From the NCBI GenBank assembly GCA_025544715.1, contig GCA_025544715.1_4109.1: DNA of 64,000 nt; one strand, given 5' to 3'. Numbering within the stretch: the first letter of the stretch is position 1; the number at the start of each line of letters is the position of its first letter. The DNA comes from Escherichia coli. Its GTDB lineage: Bacteria > Pseudomonadota > Gammaproteobacteria > Enterobacterales > Enterobacteriaceae. Both the position numbers and the translations under genes were made by a program. The notes under the pieces are model-generated. The model did not search any database. It saw only the letters and a program-made list of their open reading frames with translations, and was not told the origin of the DNA. Of this stretch, positions 31,339 to 41,410 are shown in pieces.

Positions 31339-31366
31339 ATTATATCACATTCTTACGGTTTGTCTA
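31339..31366 (-). promoter_or_regulatory. Sigma70-like promoter (-35 TAGACA, 16 nt spacer, -10 TATAAT with upstream TGTGA) for the ClpA-like gene
   Basis: Minus-strand reading: TAGACA-aaccgtaagaatgtga-TATAAT; about 40 nt upstream of ClpA ATG 31298. Confidence 0.6.
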
Positions 31367-31408
31367 CAAGGTAAATAAAGATATACCCGATTTATTTTGG
31401 AGACAAAC

Positions 31409-32902
31409 ATGACATATAGAATGTGGAAAAAAGGTAGAACCAATGATTACAAGTTCATTGATTCTGCCATTGCTGAACAATACAACATTGGTGGAGTTGA
31501 CATGTGGCTTTATGCATATGTCGGTCCAAAACAAGTTGCTGACAACACTGACTTATCCTATGGAGGTGATTATACATCTTCAGGATCAGTTGTGTCAAGT
31601 ATTGGCGATTTAATTTTTGGTGACACACCAAACAGAAACTACAACCTTGAAGCTATCACACTTAGTTGTGTCTATCAAGTTCAAGAAGCAACTCCAGACT
31701 TGAAAATCCCAGGATTGTTCTTTAATTTCAACACTATGGACATCACAATCCATTATAATACAATGATGCAGCGTTTAGGTAGAAAAATCATGCCAGGGGA
31801 TGTGATAGAACTACCAAATTTACGTGATTTTGATGTATTGGGTAAAGATACAGGTCTAAACCGCTTCTATGTCGTCCAAGATGCATTTCGTACATCTGAG
31901 GGATACTCGGTTACGTGGCAACATCACATTTATAAACTTAGAGTTAAACCGCTAACCGACTCACCTGAGTACTCCGATTTACTCGGTAACAATAATTATC
32001 CTGATAATCCAGATGACCCTAATAATGGTAATGGAAATACCGATGATGGTTCGTCGGAAAACAGTAACTATGACAATGAAATGGATATCATGAACCGTAT
32101 CATCATGCAAGCTGATGATGAAGTACCCTACATTCATTTTACAAATGAACATTTGTATGATGATCGACCTGATACTGTAGATTTATCAAAATATATGCTT
32201 AATGGTTATGATTTCCCAGAAGAACCTGCCGATGGAATGTATTTTTTGAAAAAAACATACCCAGTACTCAAAGAGTTTGTTAATGATACATGGATTTCTG
32301 TGGAAGTCAAGCGTGGAACTATCTTTCCCAGAAAACCAATGGATGGTGACTTCTTCTTTAAAGAAAATGACGCAGATGTGACAGGTTATACGTTGTATCA
32401 ATATGATAAAAGTGCTAAAAAATGGTTAAATTGTGATGTAGAATATACTACCAGTGATGTTCCACCAGAAGATGTGGAAGATTTTTGTATTTTTTATAAA
32501 GAACCACACATTTATCAGTATAATGATGACAAGTGGGGGGAACCAAAGGTAACTTATGTCAATGAACCATTCACGTCCAATTGTGTATATGGTAATATTG
32601 ATTCCCAACAAGATTATCGTCCTAAAATTCCACCAGCACGAGGTACTGTCCCTGAAGGAAATATGTTCCCGACTGATGCAGTAGATGGTGACTATTTCTA
32701 TCGTACCGATTATACCCCAGTTACGTTATGGGAATTCAATGCAACTAAGAATTCATGGGTTATTTTTGATTATGGTGGAAGAAAACCGTGGGAAGGTGCA
32801 GACCTAGCACTTACACAGTTTGTAAATAGTGATAACAAAGTTCCATTACATGACGCAGTTAAACCTAATACTGTTTATCGCATACATAAGGACACAGAAT
32901 GA
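31409..32902 (+). CDS. Hypothetical protein (497 aa), probable virion/baseplate component
   Basis: ORF with GGAG RBS 6 nt upstream of ATG 31409 (ORF track begins at TTG 31397). Confidence 0.5.
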   Translation: MTYRMWKKGRTNDYKFIDSAIAEQYNIGGVDMWLYAYVGPKQVADNTDLSYGGDYTSSGSVVSSIGDLIFGDTPNRNYNLEAITLSCVYQVQEATPDLKIPGLFFNFNTMDITIHYNTMMQRLGRKIMPGDVIELPNLRDFDVLGKDTGLNRFYVVQDAFRTSEGYSVTWQHHIYKLRVKPLTDSPEYSDLLGNNNYPDNPDDPNNGNGNTDDGSSENSNYDNEMDIMNRIIMQADDEVPYIHFTNEHLYDDRPDTVDLSKYMLNGYDFPEEPADGMYFLKKTYPVLKEFVNDTWISVEVKRGTIFPRKPMDGDFFFKENDADVTGYTLYQYDKSAKKWLNCDVEYTTSDVPPEDVEDFCIFYKEPHIYQYNDDKWGEPKVTYVNEPFTSNCVYGNIDSQQDYRPKIPPARGTVPEGNMFPTDAVDGDYFYRTDYTPVTLWEFNATKNSWVIFDYGGRKPWEGADLALTQFVNSDNKVPLHDAVKPNTVYRIHKDTE

Positions 32903-34242
32903 AAATAGATTATTATTATGACGGTCAATTTCGCAGAGTACTGAAACATCTTATCAGAGTTTTTGGTGAATTTCAAGTACAAAATGGTGTTGATGCTAAT
33001 GGAAACCCAAAATACAAAAAGGTTCCATGTCGCTATGCCGATATTTCAAGAATGGCAGCAGCAATTATAAATGGGAATAGTGAAAATGTTCTCCCATCAG
33101 CACCTATAATGACCATAAGTGTTAATCAACTAAAGTTGGATCGTAAAAATATTCGTTCTAATGCCAACGAAACTATAGTAATGGGGTCTAACAAGACCCC
33201 TGCTATTAATGAGTACACAAAAGAACTTGACACACAATACAAAATTGTAAGACATAACCCAGTACCTTGGACTTTTACGTTTGATTTGAATATTTGGGTA
33301 ACTCAAACTCAAACTAAAATGGAATTATTCGAACAAATCTCAACTTTGTTTGCACCTAGTATACAACTTCAATTATCTGATAACCCGTTAGATTGGACAT
33401 CGCTTAGTGATGTTGAACTAATAGATTGTCAGTTTTCTACTCGTGGTTTTCCACAAGGAACTGACCCAGATTTGGATATAATGGTTTTAACATTTGAAAC
33501 GACAATATGGTTTTCTTTACCAGCTATTGTTGAAAAACCAAAATTAATTCAACAGATTACTACAAATATTAAAGGTGCTCGTGACGAATTTGATTTTGAA
33601 ATGGGAAATTATTCAGATATAATAACAGATGTTTTTACACCAAAGAACTTATGTATTAAAGTTGAAGAAATTACTAATTCCAAGTATAATTTACCTGATA
33701 CATACCAACTTACCTTGGTTAGCCAATCGCTATCTGCGGTTTCTCCCAACGGTGGAATATATTCATGGGAAAAATATCTTAAATATCTAGAACCAAATTT
33801 TGATGATAAAAAAGTAGGGATTAAATTTCAACAATCTATTGAAGAAGACAACCCACTAAAAGGTCATATAGCGTCGTATGGTGAAAATGAAGATGCCAAC
33901 AAAATTATAGTACAGCTTGATAATACAAATTATACTGTTGATTATACTATACATGGGTTTGTGCAGAAAGATTCAGTACTTTCAAATGCATTACCTGAAC
34001 AATATTATGTAAATAACAGTATACATAACATCATTTATAAAGAAACCGAAATCCCATCAAATTATTTGTTTAAAATTACAAATGATGGTGCACAATTAAT
34101 TGAACCATCTACTGTACGAAATTACATTTATAATAAAGAAGACAATGGTTATTATAGATATAATGACAAATTTAAATGGCATAAAAGTATAATGCCTGTG
34201 TATCGTCAGGGATATTGGAAAATAACTTTCACTGACAAATAA
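32899..34242 (+). CDS. Hypothetical protein (447 aa), probable virion component
   Basis: Start overlaps upstream stop (ATGA), indicating translational coupling. Confidence 0.5.
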   Translation: MKIDYYYDGQFRRVLKHLIRVFGEFQVQNGVDANGNPKYKKVPCRYADISRMAAAIINGNSENVLPSAPIMTISVNQLKLDRKNIRSNANETIVMGSNKTPAINEYTKELDTQYKIVRHNPVPWTFTFDLNIWVTQTQTKMELFEQISTLFAPSIQLQLSDNPLDWTSLSDVELIDCQFSTRGFPQGTDPDLDIMVLTFETTIWFSLPAIVEKPKLIQQITTNIKGARDEFDFEMGNYSDIITDVFTPKNLCIKVEEITNSKYNLPDTYQLTLVSQSLSAVSPNGGIYSWEKYLKYLEPNFDDKKVGIKFQQSIEEDNPLKGHIASYGENEDANKIIVQLDNTNYTVDYTIHGFVQKDSVLSNALPEQYYVNNSIHNIIYKETEIPSNYLFKITNDGAQLIEPSTVRNYIYNKEDNGYYRYNDKFKWHKSIMPVYRQGYWKITFTDK

Positions 34243-34255
34243 AGGAGGTGTTGTT

Positions 34256-34720
34256 ATGAATGAAGCGGTTGGTGCTATATTTTTATCAAAAAGTACTGGA
34301 CATATGATGTTAAACTTGCGTTCTGAAAGAAGTACCTATTCTAACAACTGGGCATTTGTTGGTGGAAAGCTTGAACATAACGAAACACCATTACAAGGTC
34401 TGATGAGAGAAATTAAAGAAGAGTTGGGCAACTCAATACCTAACATTATTGATATTATACCGTTTGATGTATTTTGTACAAAAAATGGTAAATTTAAATA
34501 TTATTCATTTGTTATTGTAGTTGAGAATGAATTTGTACCGACTTTAAATCATGAAAGCTCTGGTTATGCTTGGGTTAGAATTGGTTCTTGGCCTAAACCA
34601 TTACACCCTGGTGCTAAAAATACTTTACTTAACACAAACTTAATGAAAGATTTTTACTCACTATGGGAAAGTATACGTGAAGGTACACAGTTTGTCAACA
34701 GTTTACCATATAGATATTAA
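34256..34720 (+). CDS. Nudix hydrolase
   Basis: 154 aa; exact Nudix box GGKLEHNETPLQGLMREIKEELG (Gx5Ex7REUxEExGU); AGGAGG RBS. Confidence 0.8.
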   Translation: MNEAVGAIFLSKSTGHMMLNLRSERSTYSNNWAFVGGKLEHNETPLQGLMREIKEELGNSIPNIIDIIPFDVFCTKNGKFKYYSFVIVVENEFVPTLNHESSGYAWVRIGSWPKPLHPGAKNTLLNTNLMKDFYSLWESIREGTQFVNSLPYRY

Positions 34721-34723
34721 AAC

Positions 34724-34752
34724 AAAAAGGAGCCGTGTGGCTCCTTTTTTTA
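34724..34752. terminator. Bidirectional terminator between the Nudix gene and the minus-strand cassette
   Basis: A5 then GGAGCC-gtgt-GGCTCC then T7. Confidence 0.85.
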
Positions 34753-35850
34753 TACTCCAATAATCGGAATACCTGTAATATTTAACAACACGGATGCTTG
34801 TAGTTTAACGGATTCACCAGCAGTTAGATTACTAATGCTACCATCAACTCGAAAACCTAAATTTTTATTTGAGTTTAGAGAATTGATAACCCAATTTTCA
34901 TAATCAGCTTTAGATGTTCCATTAGGATTTGGAATAGATGGATCTACACCATTAATAACAATATTTACGTCCCAGTTTGGGCGACTACTGGTAATAACAT
35001 CTTTTATGGATTCTAATTGTGTAATCCTACGTGGGTCTGGCATTTGACTTGCCCCAACCGAACCAGGAACAAAAGTTCCTTGATTATCTACATAGAATTG
35101 CCCTTTTATAAAAAAGGTTTTTGAATTATAGGGAAGAGAAACTATCTCACCAGAAGAATCATTTACTTCTCTAATCATAATTTTTAATTCATAGAAATAG
35201 TTGCTACCAAATTCAAATACACCAGTACCATTAGTTAATGTTGTCCAGTTATTTGTATCTACTTGTGAAGTACCACCTAAGTTAAAATACGCAATTGGTT
35301 TAGTACTGTTACTTTGTGTGAACTCTATATATTTTTTACCATTATCATAGTTAATATCTAATAATGATGAATACTCTTTGTTTTCTGGTCTAGATGTTTG
35401 AATTTCACGCCATTCTTTGTTTTTCATTAACACACGAAGAGAATCACCGTTACTAGTTAATACCATACGACCCATAACACTATTTTCACCATCAGGTACT
35501 GTGTTAAAAACAGTAATCATAGGTATAGACGCCCATTCAGCTTCAGTTACAATATCAGCAGGTTGTCTAGCATTATCAACTAATGATATCAATAACTCAC
35601 CAGTACTACCAGTGTTTCTATACCAAAGTTGACCATTGACGTTACCACGTGGTGCAGATGCTGAACTGAAATTTTCAACTAAATGTAAAAAGTTTTCGTT
35701 CCATGCTTGACCATAACTTACTTTGTTTCTACCAACTAAATTTAACGGAACTGGGTTACTTCCTGGCTGGTTTGGTCCTAAAATAACATTATTTGGAATG
35801 GTAGCATAAACACTACCATTACTTCTATAAATTGTATAATTAACACTCAT
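34750..35850 (-). CDS. Hypothetical protein (366 aa)
   Basis: First gene read into the 34724-34752 bidirectional terminator; part of a three-gene minus-strand cassette. Confidence 0.5.
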   Translation of the reverse strand: MSVNYTIYRSNGSVYATIPNNVILGPNQPGSNPVPLNLVGRNKVSYGQAWNENFLHLVENFSSASAPRGNVNGQLWYRNTGSTGELLISLVDNARQPADIVTEAEWASIPMITVFNTVPDGENSVMGRMVLTSNGDSLRVLMKNKEWREIQTSRPENKEYSSLLDINYDNGKKYIEFTQSNSTKPIAYFNLGGTSQVDTNNWTTLTNGTGVFEFGSNYFYELKIMIREVNDSSGEIVSLPYNSKTFFIKGQFYVDNQGTFVPGSVGASQMPDPRRITQLESIKDVITSSRPNWDVNIVINGVDPSIPNPNGTSKADYENWVINSLNSNKNLGFRVDGSISNLTAGESVKLQASVLLNITGIPIIGV

Positions 35851-35862
35851 TATATGTCCCCA

Positions 35863-36471
35863 TTATTGTAATTGTACACGAACTGTGTATTTAATTTGTA
35901 AGACACGGTTTGCACTTTTCTCAACTGGGTGAAAAATGATATGGGTTAAAGGAATACCACTATCTCCATCCGTGTACAATCCCAATTCATCAAATACATA
36001 AGTTCCATCCATGCTTGTCCCTGAGCTTACACCTTGGTCGGATGGTTCACCTAACCCTAGAGTACAAATACATACAATATCAGTATAGGACTGACCTGGT
36101 ATATGTACAGTTGTAATATTATTGTATTGTGAATCAATACCTGCCGTAATTCGTGGGTTGATTTTTTTCAAATATGTTTGTGAATACAAACCACCAAATG
36201 ATGTAACACGTGGTTTTTTATAAGTAACACGCCCAGTACTTAAAACTACTGTACCACCATTACCAAAACGCATCTCGCTAATAGAACCAATAGGAATACC
36301 AGTACTGTCTTGATTATATGCTAACGCATTAGCAATGGCAGTACTCATATTTTCAGGGTGAATAGCGTTAGATTTATCTAAAACGATTTTTTGATTTGAT
36401 GGATCAGTAACGTCAGTAATTAGGACATGACCTTTAACAAATAGTTTTGGTTGTTCTGTTTCTAATTTCAT
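35863..36471 (-). CDS. Hypothetical protein (202 aa)
   Basis: Tightly packed ORF in the minus-strand cassette. Confidence 0.5.
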   Translation of the reverse strand: MKLETEQPKLFVKGHVLITDVTDPSNQKIVLDKSNAIHPENMSTAIANALAYNQDSTGIPIGSISEMRFGNGGTVVLSTGRVTYKKPRVTSFGGLYSQTYLKKINPRITAGIDSQYNNITTVHIPGQSYTDIVCICTLGLGEPSDQGVSSGTSMDGTYVFDELGLYTDGDSGIPLTHIIFHPVEKSANRVLQIKYTVRVQLQ

Positions 36472-36480
36472 TTCTAATCC

Positions 36481-36978
36481 TTAGTAGTTAATTAAAATTT
36501 GTTCTAACTTCCCAGCTAAACTTTTTTGGACATCTGATGGATACTTACTAATATAATCACGGTCTATACCAACTTTAAGGTAAGTAAAATTACCAGTTAC
36601 TGTTTCAGCAAATGTTCCGGTAGTTCCTTGTTGTCTAATTAAATCCCCACCATTTGGATTTAAAATAACCATATCAGTAAATTCAAGATAATAATTACAA
36701 CTTTCAGTGAATTTAATTGGAAACCAATCATCATCAGTAGGATTACTAGCTAATGTAGCTAACACATAAATTCTACCAATAAAATTACGTAGTGTAAATG
36801 AAATCGTATGTAAACCTGTAGTACAGCCATAGTAGCCACCACTAGCAAGTGGTAACGTTTGTTCATTCCAGTGATAATCCAAGTTAGCTGGATACCAGCT
36901 ATCAGATTCAGGAAAATCTTGCCATGAACCATCTTTTGTTTTTCTTCTGAAGAGAAAGTCTTTTGATCTTAATGCCAT
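36481..36978 (-). CDS. Hypothetical protein (165 aa)
   Basis: First ORF of the minus-strand cassette; divergent from the fibre gene at 37089. Confidence 0.5.
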   Translation of the reverse strand: MALRSKDFLFRRKTKDGSWQDFPESDSWYPANLDYHWNEQTLPLASGGYYGCTTGLHTISFTLRNFIGRIYVLATLASNPTDDDWFPIKFTESCNYYLEFTDMVILNPNGGDLIRQQGTTGTFAETVTGNFTYLKVGIDRDYISKYPSDVQKSLAGKLEQILINY

Positions 36979-37088
36979 TGTTTAAGCCCTTTTAGTAGTG
37001 AACTTTCATTTATTTATTAATGATAACGAAATGTATTTTGTACTGATAAATATTGGTATATGACATTAACTCATACAAGGGAAATATT

Positions 37089-38204
37089 ATGACAATTTCA
37101 TTTAATGGTTCATGTAATAACTCCGGCATCAAAAGTCTAGTTATTAATGGTGCTGGGCATTTAATTGTAACCTATGCAGATAACACAATTCAAGATTTAG
37201 GTCTTGTTGTAGGACAGAATGGCGAGAATGGTAAAAACTTTTATCCTAATGAGATTGGTTTTGAAATTCCTTCCGAACAATTTAAAGTTGGTGAACCACT
37301 TGGGTGGTGCTACTTAAGCTTGGCTAACAACACCAGTACTCTATACTTTAAATCAAACGATGCACAAGATCCGACAAGTACATGGATTAGTGTTGAGTTT
37401 GGTAAAGGTGATACTGGTGAAGCGGGTAAGCCGTTCCACATTGATAGTGCTGGGACTTCTTTCCCAACAACTGGTCTTTTTAATAACTATACATTTTATA
37501 ATACTCAAGATGGTAAGCTTTATTTCTATCAAAGTGTAACTGCCACTTGGAGTGATGGTATCCCTTTCCGTGGTGAACAAGGTCCGCGTGGTCGTTTCCA
37601 TATTGATAGCAGTGGTGATCAATTTCCAAGTATTGAAAATCTTCCAGTTGATTATTGTTTTTATAACAACACTGATGGAAAACTATATTATGTTGATGAA
37701 GTAACTACAACTACCCCTCCTTCAAAAGAGTGGAGTGATGGTATTCTATTCCGTGGTAAAGAAGGTCAGCAAGGTATTCAAGGTATACAAGGCGAACCAG
37801 GTGCACCAGGTAAAGATACAATTTCTATTAGAAATACCATAGATAGCTCATGGACTAACGCACTATTAGTTATTGGTACATGTCCTGCTGGATATGTAGT
37901 TTCTAATATTGATGTAAACGTTATACAACCTTATTCTCTTCCTGTAACTGATATGTTTGTACGTTTTGGTGGTGAAGCACAAGAAGATATTGGCGGGACG
38001 GTAATTGCACCAACTTCCTACTTTGATATCAATCGTCAGATGCGTTTTATTGTTAATGAAACTAATCATGCAGCATCCGATGTTGATGAAATTATTTCAT
38101 GTGTATTCAACGATTCTGTTAACAACAGTCCTTATGGAAAAATGGAAATTATTTGTACTCTTTCATGGCAAGCTCCTATCCAACCGATTCAAGATAATAT
38201 TTAA
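37089..38204 (+). CDS. Tail fibre-like protein with short collagen-like (Gly-X-Y) stretch and internal duplications
   Basis: ATG 37089 with AAGGGA RBS (ORF track TTG 37053); GKEGQQGIQGIQGEPGAPGKD; duplicated FHIDS(A/S)G...DGKLY(F/Y)...WSDGI(P/L)FRG units. Confidence 0.55.
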   Translation: MTISFNGSCNNSGIKSLVINGAGHLIVTYADNTIQDLGLVVGQNGENGKNFYPNEIGFEIPSEQFKVGEPLGWCYLSLANNTSTLYFKSNDAQDPTSTWISVEFGKGDTGEAGKPFHIDSAGTSFPTTGLFNNYTFYNTQDGKLYFYQSVTATWSDGIPFRGEQGPRGRFHIDSSGDQFPSIENLPVDYCFYNNTDGKLYYVDEVTTTTPPSKEWSDGILFRGKEGQQGIQGIQGEPGAPGKDTISIRNTIDSSWTNALLVIGTCPAGYVVSNIDVNVIQPYSLPVTDMFVRFGGEAQEDIGGTVIAPTSYFDINRQMRFIVNETNHAASDVDEIISCVFNDSVNNSPYGKMEIICTLSWQAPIQPIQDNI

Positions 38205-38218
38205 GGGAGGATGTCATA

Positions 38219-40360
38219 ATGGCAGTATTTTCTAATTTTGAAGGAACTATGCAGCCCAAATTCATATTGGGGAAAAAAGGTGCTTCAATAAATTTTATCA
38301 ATGATTCAGTTTCTATAAAAGATTATCTAGGAGAACAGTTCCTGCCACTTAAGGTAGGAACTTCATCTGATCCTAATTCAGCAGTTAACGTAAAATATCT
38401 TGAAGATAATCCTAATGCATTATTTGGTGTTGTACCACCTACCGATGATATAGGAAAGAACAATAATACGTATTTTCAAATTGATGAAGATGGTATTGTT
38501 GATATTTTTGCAAAAAGCAATGGTACATGGGTAAAATCATTATACATTAATAAAAAAGTTCTATCCAGTAAAAATGGTGGAGATTTCATCGGACTTATTA
38601 CTGGAGGTACAGTTCAACAGGCACAGTTTTATATAACACCAGAAGAATTTGGTGCTAAAGGTGATGGTGAAACTGATGACACTGCTGCTGTAAATTTATG
38701 TGCTGCTTATGCTAAAGAAAATAAAATCCAAATTCAGGCTGGTGGTAATTACCGTATCAAAACTGCAATATATCTGGAAGATGTAACTTGGTTTGGGGGA
38801 ACTATTACTGGTAACGGTGGTACTATGGTATCCGTTATTAATTCCCAAATACAATTTGCAACACTTACTGGATGTTATTTAAAATTCTTCGGTGGCGATG
38901 GTAAGTTTTATTTTAATAAATTTATAAACATCACAAGTACTGCTGCATTTTTAATGCAAGGCATGACACAACCAGGTACAATAGATTTTTGCTTTAATGA
39001 AATGACCCAATGTAAGTATGGTGTTCTTCAACAAGGTACTGGTGAGAAAATGAAGGTTGGTAGATATTCATATAACCACATACATGATATATATGGTGAT
39101 GCAATTGAACTAAACGTAATTAACTCACACTATCCTGATGGTTTTGTTATTGAAGGGAACATAATTGAAAACGTTGATGGTTCTAACGCTCCAATCCCAC
39201 TTTCAAACTGGGGTATTGGTATTGGTGTTGCTGGTTCTGGTCCTTATGGTTTAGATGCACCAGATACACAATATGTCAGAAACTTTGTTATTAAAAATAA
39301 CAGACTATATAATGTTAGACAATGTATCCACGTTGAATTAGGCATGGACTTTAAAATACTTAATAATGAAGTTTATCCATCATCTTTAGTTTCTGTTGGT
39401 ACTGGATTAACCACTGCTGGTGTTATAACTTATGGTTCAAAGGAATTCATTATTGATGGATTGACTGGTCATTTGCTTAATGATCCTTCTATCACAAATA
39501 GAATGGTTTCAATAAACTGGGGTGTAACTTCTGGTCGTTTTGCTGGACCACCTAGAAACTTTAAAATTTCTAATCTCTATATTCCAGAGTCTTCTATACT
39601 TGTTTATACTTCCGGTTCTGACAATTGGTTAAATAATACAGAATTGAGCAATATCACCTGTTCTAAAATTCTTTGGCGTGGTTTACCATCATCATCTAAA
39701 TTTAGTGATATTAGAACTAAAGAATTAGATGTAATTGGTCAACATCTCTCTACAGAAGGCGAAGGTGGTGGTATCTATACTCGCTCTAAATATACTTATA
39801 CTAATTGGACTAACTGTGTTGTTCAAGATGATTGTAATGTTTCAAAATATAGTTTTTCTAAAATGTATGTAGACAGAATAGACCAATCATCTAATAACTT
39901 TAAAGTTACAACTGCAATCGATGGTACAGGTCACCGTGGCCCAGTACTGATACCTGTAGTTGAGCAATATTATATTCCATACGATACTTTTCCTGGGGGA
40001 CGCTATTTCTCTGAAGGTACGATTATTCATAAACAATCGGGTGGAAAATATATTGTAACTGTTGGTGGTTCTTTTTTCGGAAAATATGACACAATTAGAC
40101 AAACGGTAGCAGGACAAACATACATAGAAGCATTGGGTGTGTCATGGGGTGAAAACCAATATGCAAAAGCTGCTGGTACTGAGATTATTATATCTGGTGC
40201 TGGTGAAAATGGTGGTGATTTGAGAACGTATATAACTCGTGCAGTGTATGTTGTAAACAACGTATATAGAATTGATATTGCAGATCCTATCATAACAGCA
40301 ACTGCCGCTGGTGCAGCATTAAAAGCCGCCCAACCCGTAACTTACATAACCCTACCATAA
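38219..40360 (+). CDS. Tailspike with pectate-lyase-like right-handed beta-helix (putative polysaccharide depolymerase)
   Basis: 713 aa; conserved N-terminal anchor (MAVFSNFEGTM...) followed by FGAKGDGETDDTAAV, a hallmark of pectate-lyase-fold tailspikes. Confidence 0.7.
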   Translation: MAVFSNFEGTMQPKFILGKKGASINFINDSVSIKDYLGEQFLPLKVGTSSDPNSAVNVKYLEDNPNALFGVVPPTDDIGKNNNTYFQIDEDGIVDIFAKSNGTWVKSLYINKKVLSSKNGGDFIGLITGGTVQQAQFYITPEEFGAKGDGETDDTAAVNLCAAYAKENKIQIQAGGNYRIKTAIYLEDVTWFGGTITGNGGTMVSVINSQIQFATLTGCYLKFFGGDGKFYFNKFINITSTAAFLMQGMTQPGTIDFCFNEMTQCKYGVLQQGTGEKMKVGRYSYNHIHDIYGDAIELNVINSHYPDGFVIEGNIIENVDGSNAPIPLSNWGIGIGVAGSGPYGLDAPDTQYVRNFVIKNNRLYNVRQCIHVELGMDFKILNNEVYPSSLVSVGTGLTTAGVITYGSKEFIIDGLTGHLLNDPSITNRMVSINWGVTSGRFAGPPRNFKISNLYIPESSILVYTSGSDNWLNNTELSNITCSKILWRGLPSSSKFSDIRTKELDVIGQHLSTEGEGGGIYTRSKYTYTNWTNCVVQDDCNVSKYSFSKMYVDRIDQSSNNFKVTTAIDGTGHRGPVLIPVVEQYYIPYDTFPGGRYFSEGTIIHKQSGGKYIVTVGGSFFGKYDTIRQTVAGQTYIEALGVSWGENQYAKAAGTEIIISGAGENGGDLRTYITRAVYVVNNVYRIDIADPIITATAAGAALKAAQPVTYITLP

Positions 40361-40376
40361 AGGAGATTATATTAAA

Positions 40377-41273
40377 ATGGCAGTTTTTTCTAATTTAGAA
40401 GGAACCATGAAGAAGTCCTTCATTCTTGGGAAGAATGGTGCACAGATTACCACAAATGGTAGTGTTGTGCAAATTCAAAACTACTCAGGAACACAACTTC
40501 TTCCAATTTCAGCAGGTGAACCAACTGCAAACACACACTTGGTTACATTGGGATATTTAAACGCACACAGTGGTGGTGGTAGTTCTGGTATCTTACGTGG
40601 AACAACAGCACCATCCGATTCTATTGGCCTAGATGGTGACGTTTACTTTTTGGTTGATAGTACTAATGTTCTTCAAATTTATATTAAAGATCTTGGTATT
40701 TGGAAACCATTTAAAGGTAGCTCACCTGGAACTGATAGCTCATATGTAACTACTGAAATAGTTCCTGTTTCTGCATTTACATTAGTACCAGATACTACTG
40801 ATCATTATACTTACACACTACCAGAATCAGTTCATGGTAGAGGTTCTGATATTATGATTCAACTACAAGGTGACCCAGGTAATGTTGCATTGGAATCAGT
40901 ATTCCAAACCACAGTAACAGTTAGTGGTATTGGGGATATAACAATTGATGTGATTGGTCAAATCACAGATTATGCAAGTGTTAAAGTAAACATTATAGGA
41001 GCAACCACAATGACAGTACCTTATAGTAAATTAGTAAACCAAGCAGATTGGGTTTCTAGTGCTGGTGATTTCACAATCACTATTCCAGCATCCGAACACA
41101 ATCAAACCCCAGATAATTTGTATATTTCAATTTATGCAAATAAAACACCTGGAAGTGTTGCGTCATCTCCATTCGAGTTGGTAGTGACTGATACACAAAT
41201 TAGTAGTACTGGTGATGTAATCTTCACTTCTGATATTTCTTTCAGTGGTAAGATTGTCATCTCCGGTAAGTAA
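40377..41273 (+). CDS. Tail fibre/spike protein sharing the N-terminal anchor of the preceding tailspike
   Basis: 298 aa; N-terminus MAVFSNLEGTMKKSFILGKNGAQ... is homologous to the 38219 gene, C-terminus unrelated; strong terminator downstream. Confidence 0.55.
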   Translation: MAVFSNLEGTMKKSFILGKNGAQITTNGSVVQIQNYSGTQLLPISAGEPTANTHLVTLGYLNAHSGGGSSGILRGTTAPSDSIGLDGDVYFLVDSTNVLQIYIKDLGIWKPFKGSSPGTDSSYVTTEIVPVSAFTLVPDTTDHYTYTLPESVHGRGSDIMIQLQGDPGNVALESVFQTTVTVSGIGDITIDVIGQITDYASVKVNIIGATTMTVPYSKLVNQADWVSSAGDFTITIPASEHNQTPDNLYISIYANKTPGSVASSPFELVVTDTQISSTGDVIFTSDISFSGKIVISGK

Positions 41274-41280
41274 AAAATTA

Positions 41281-41315
41281 ACCAGACTTGTTCTAAATAA
41301 GTCTGGTTTTTTATT
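41281..41315 (+). terminator. Rho-independent terminator
   Basis: ACCAGACTT-(9 nt loop)-AAGTCTGGT followed by TTTTTATT. Confidence 0.8.
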
Positions 41316-41410
41316 ATATTTGCTTTTGTCAAATAATGTATTAATTGTTGGATAACAGCATAATAAAACTAAATATATACATATTAACAAGGTTATAATG
41401 GAGGGTATAA

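Noticed and set aside
41393-41398. TATAAT hexamer 13 nt upstream of the giant fibre ATG as a sigma70 -10 element
   Set aside because: A start site 7 nt downstream would fall within the RBS, and no -35 element sits at the proper spacing.
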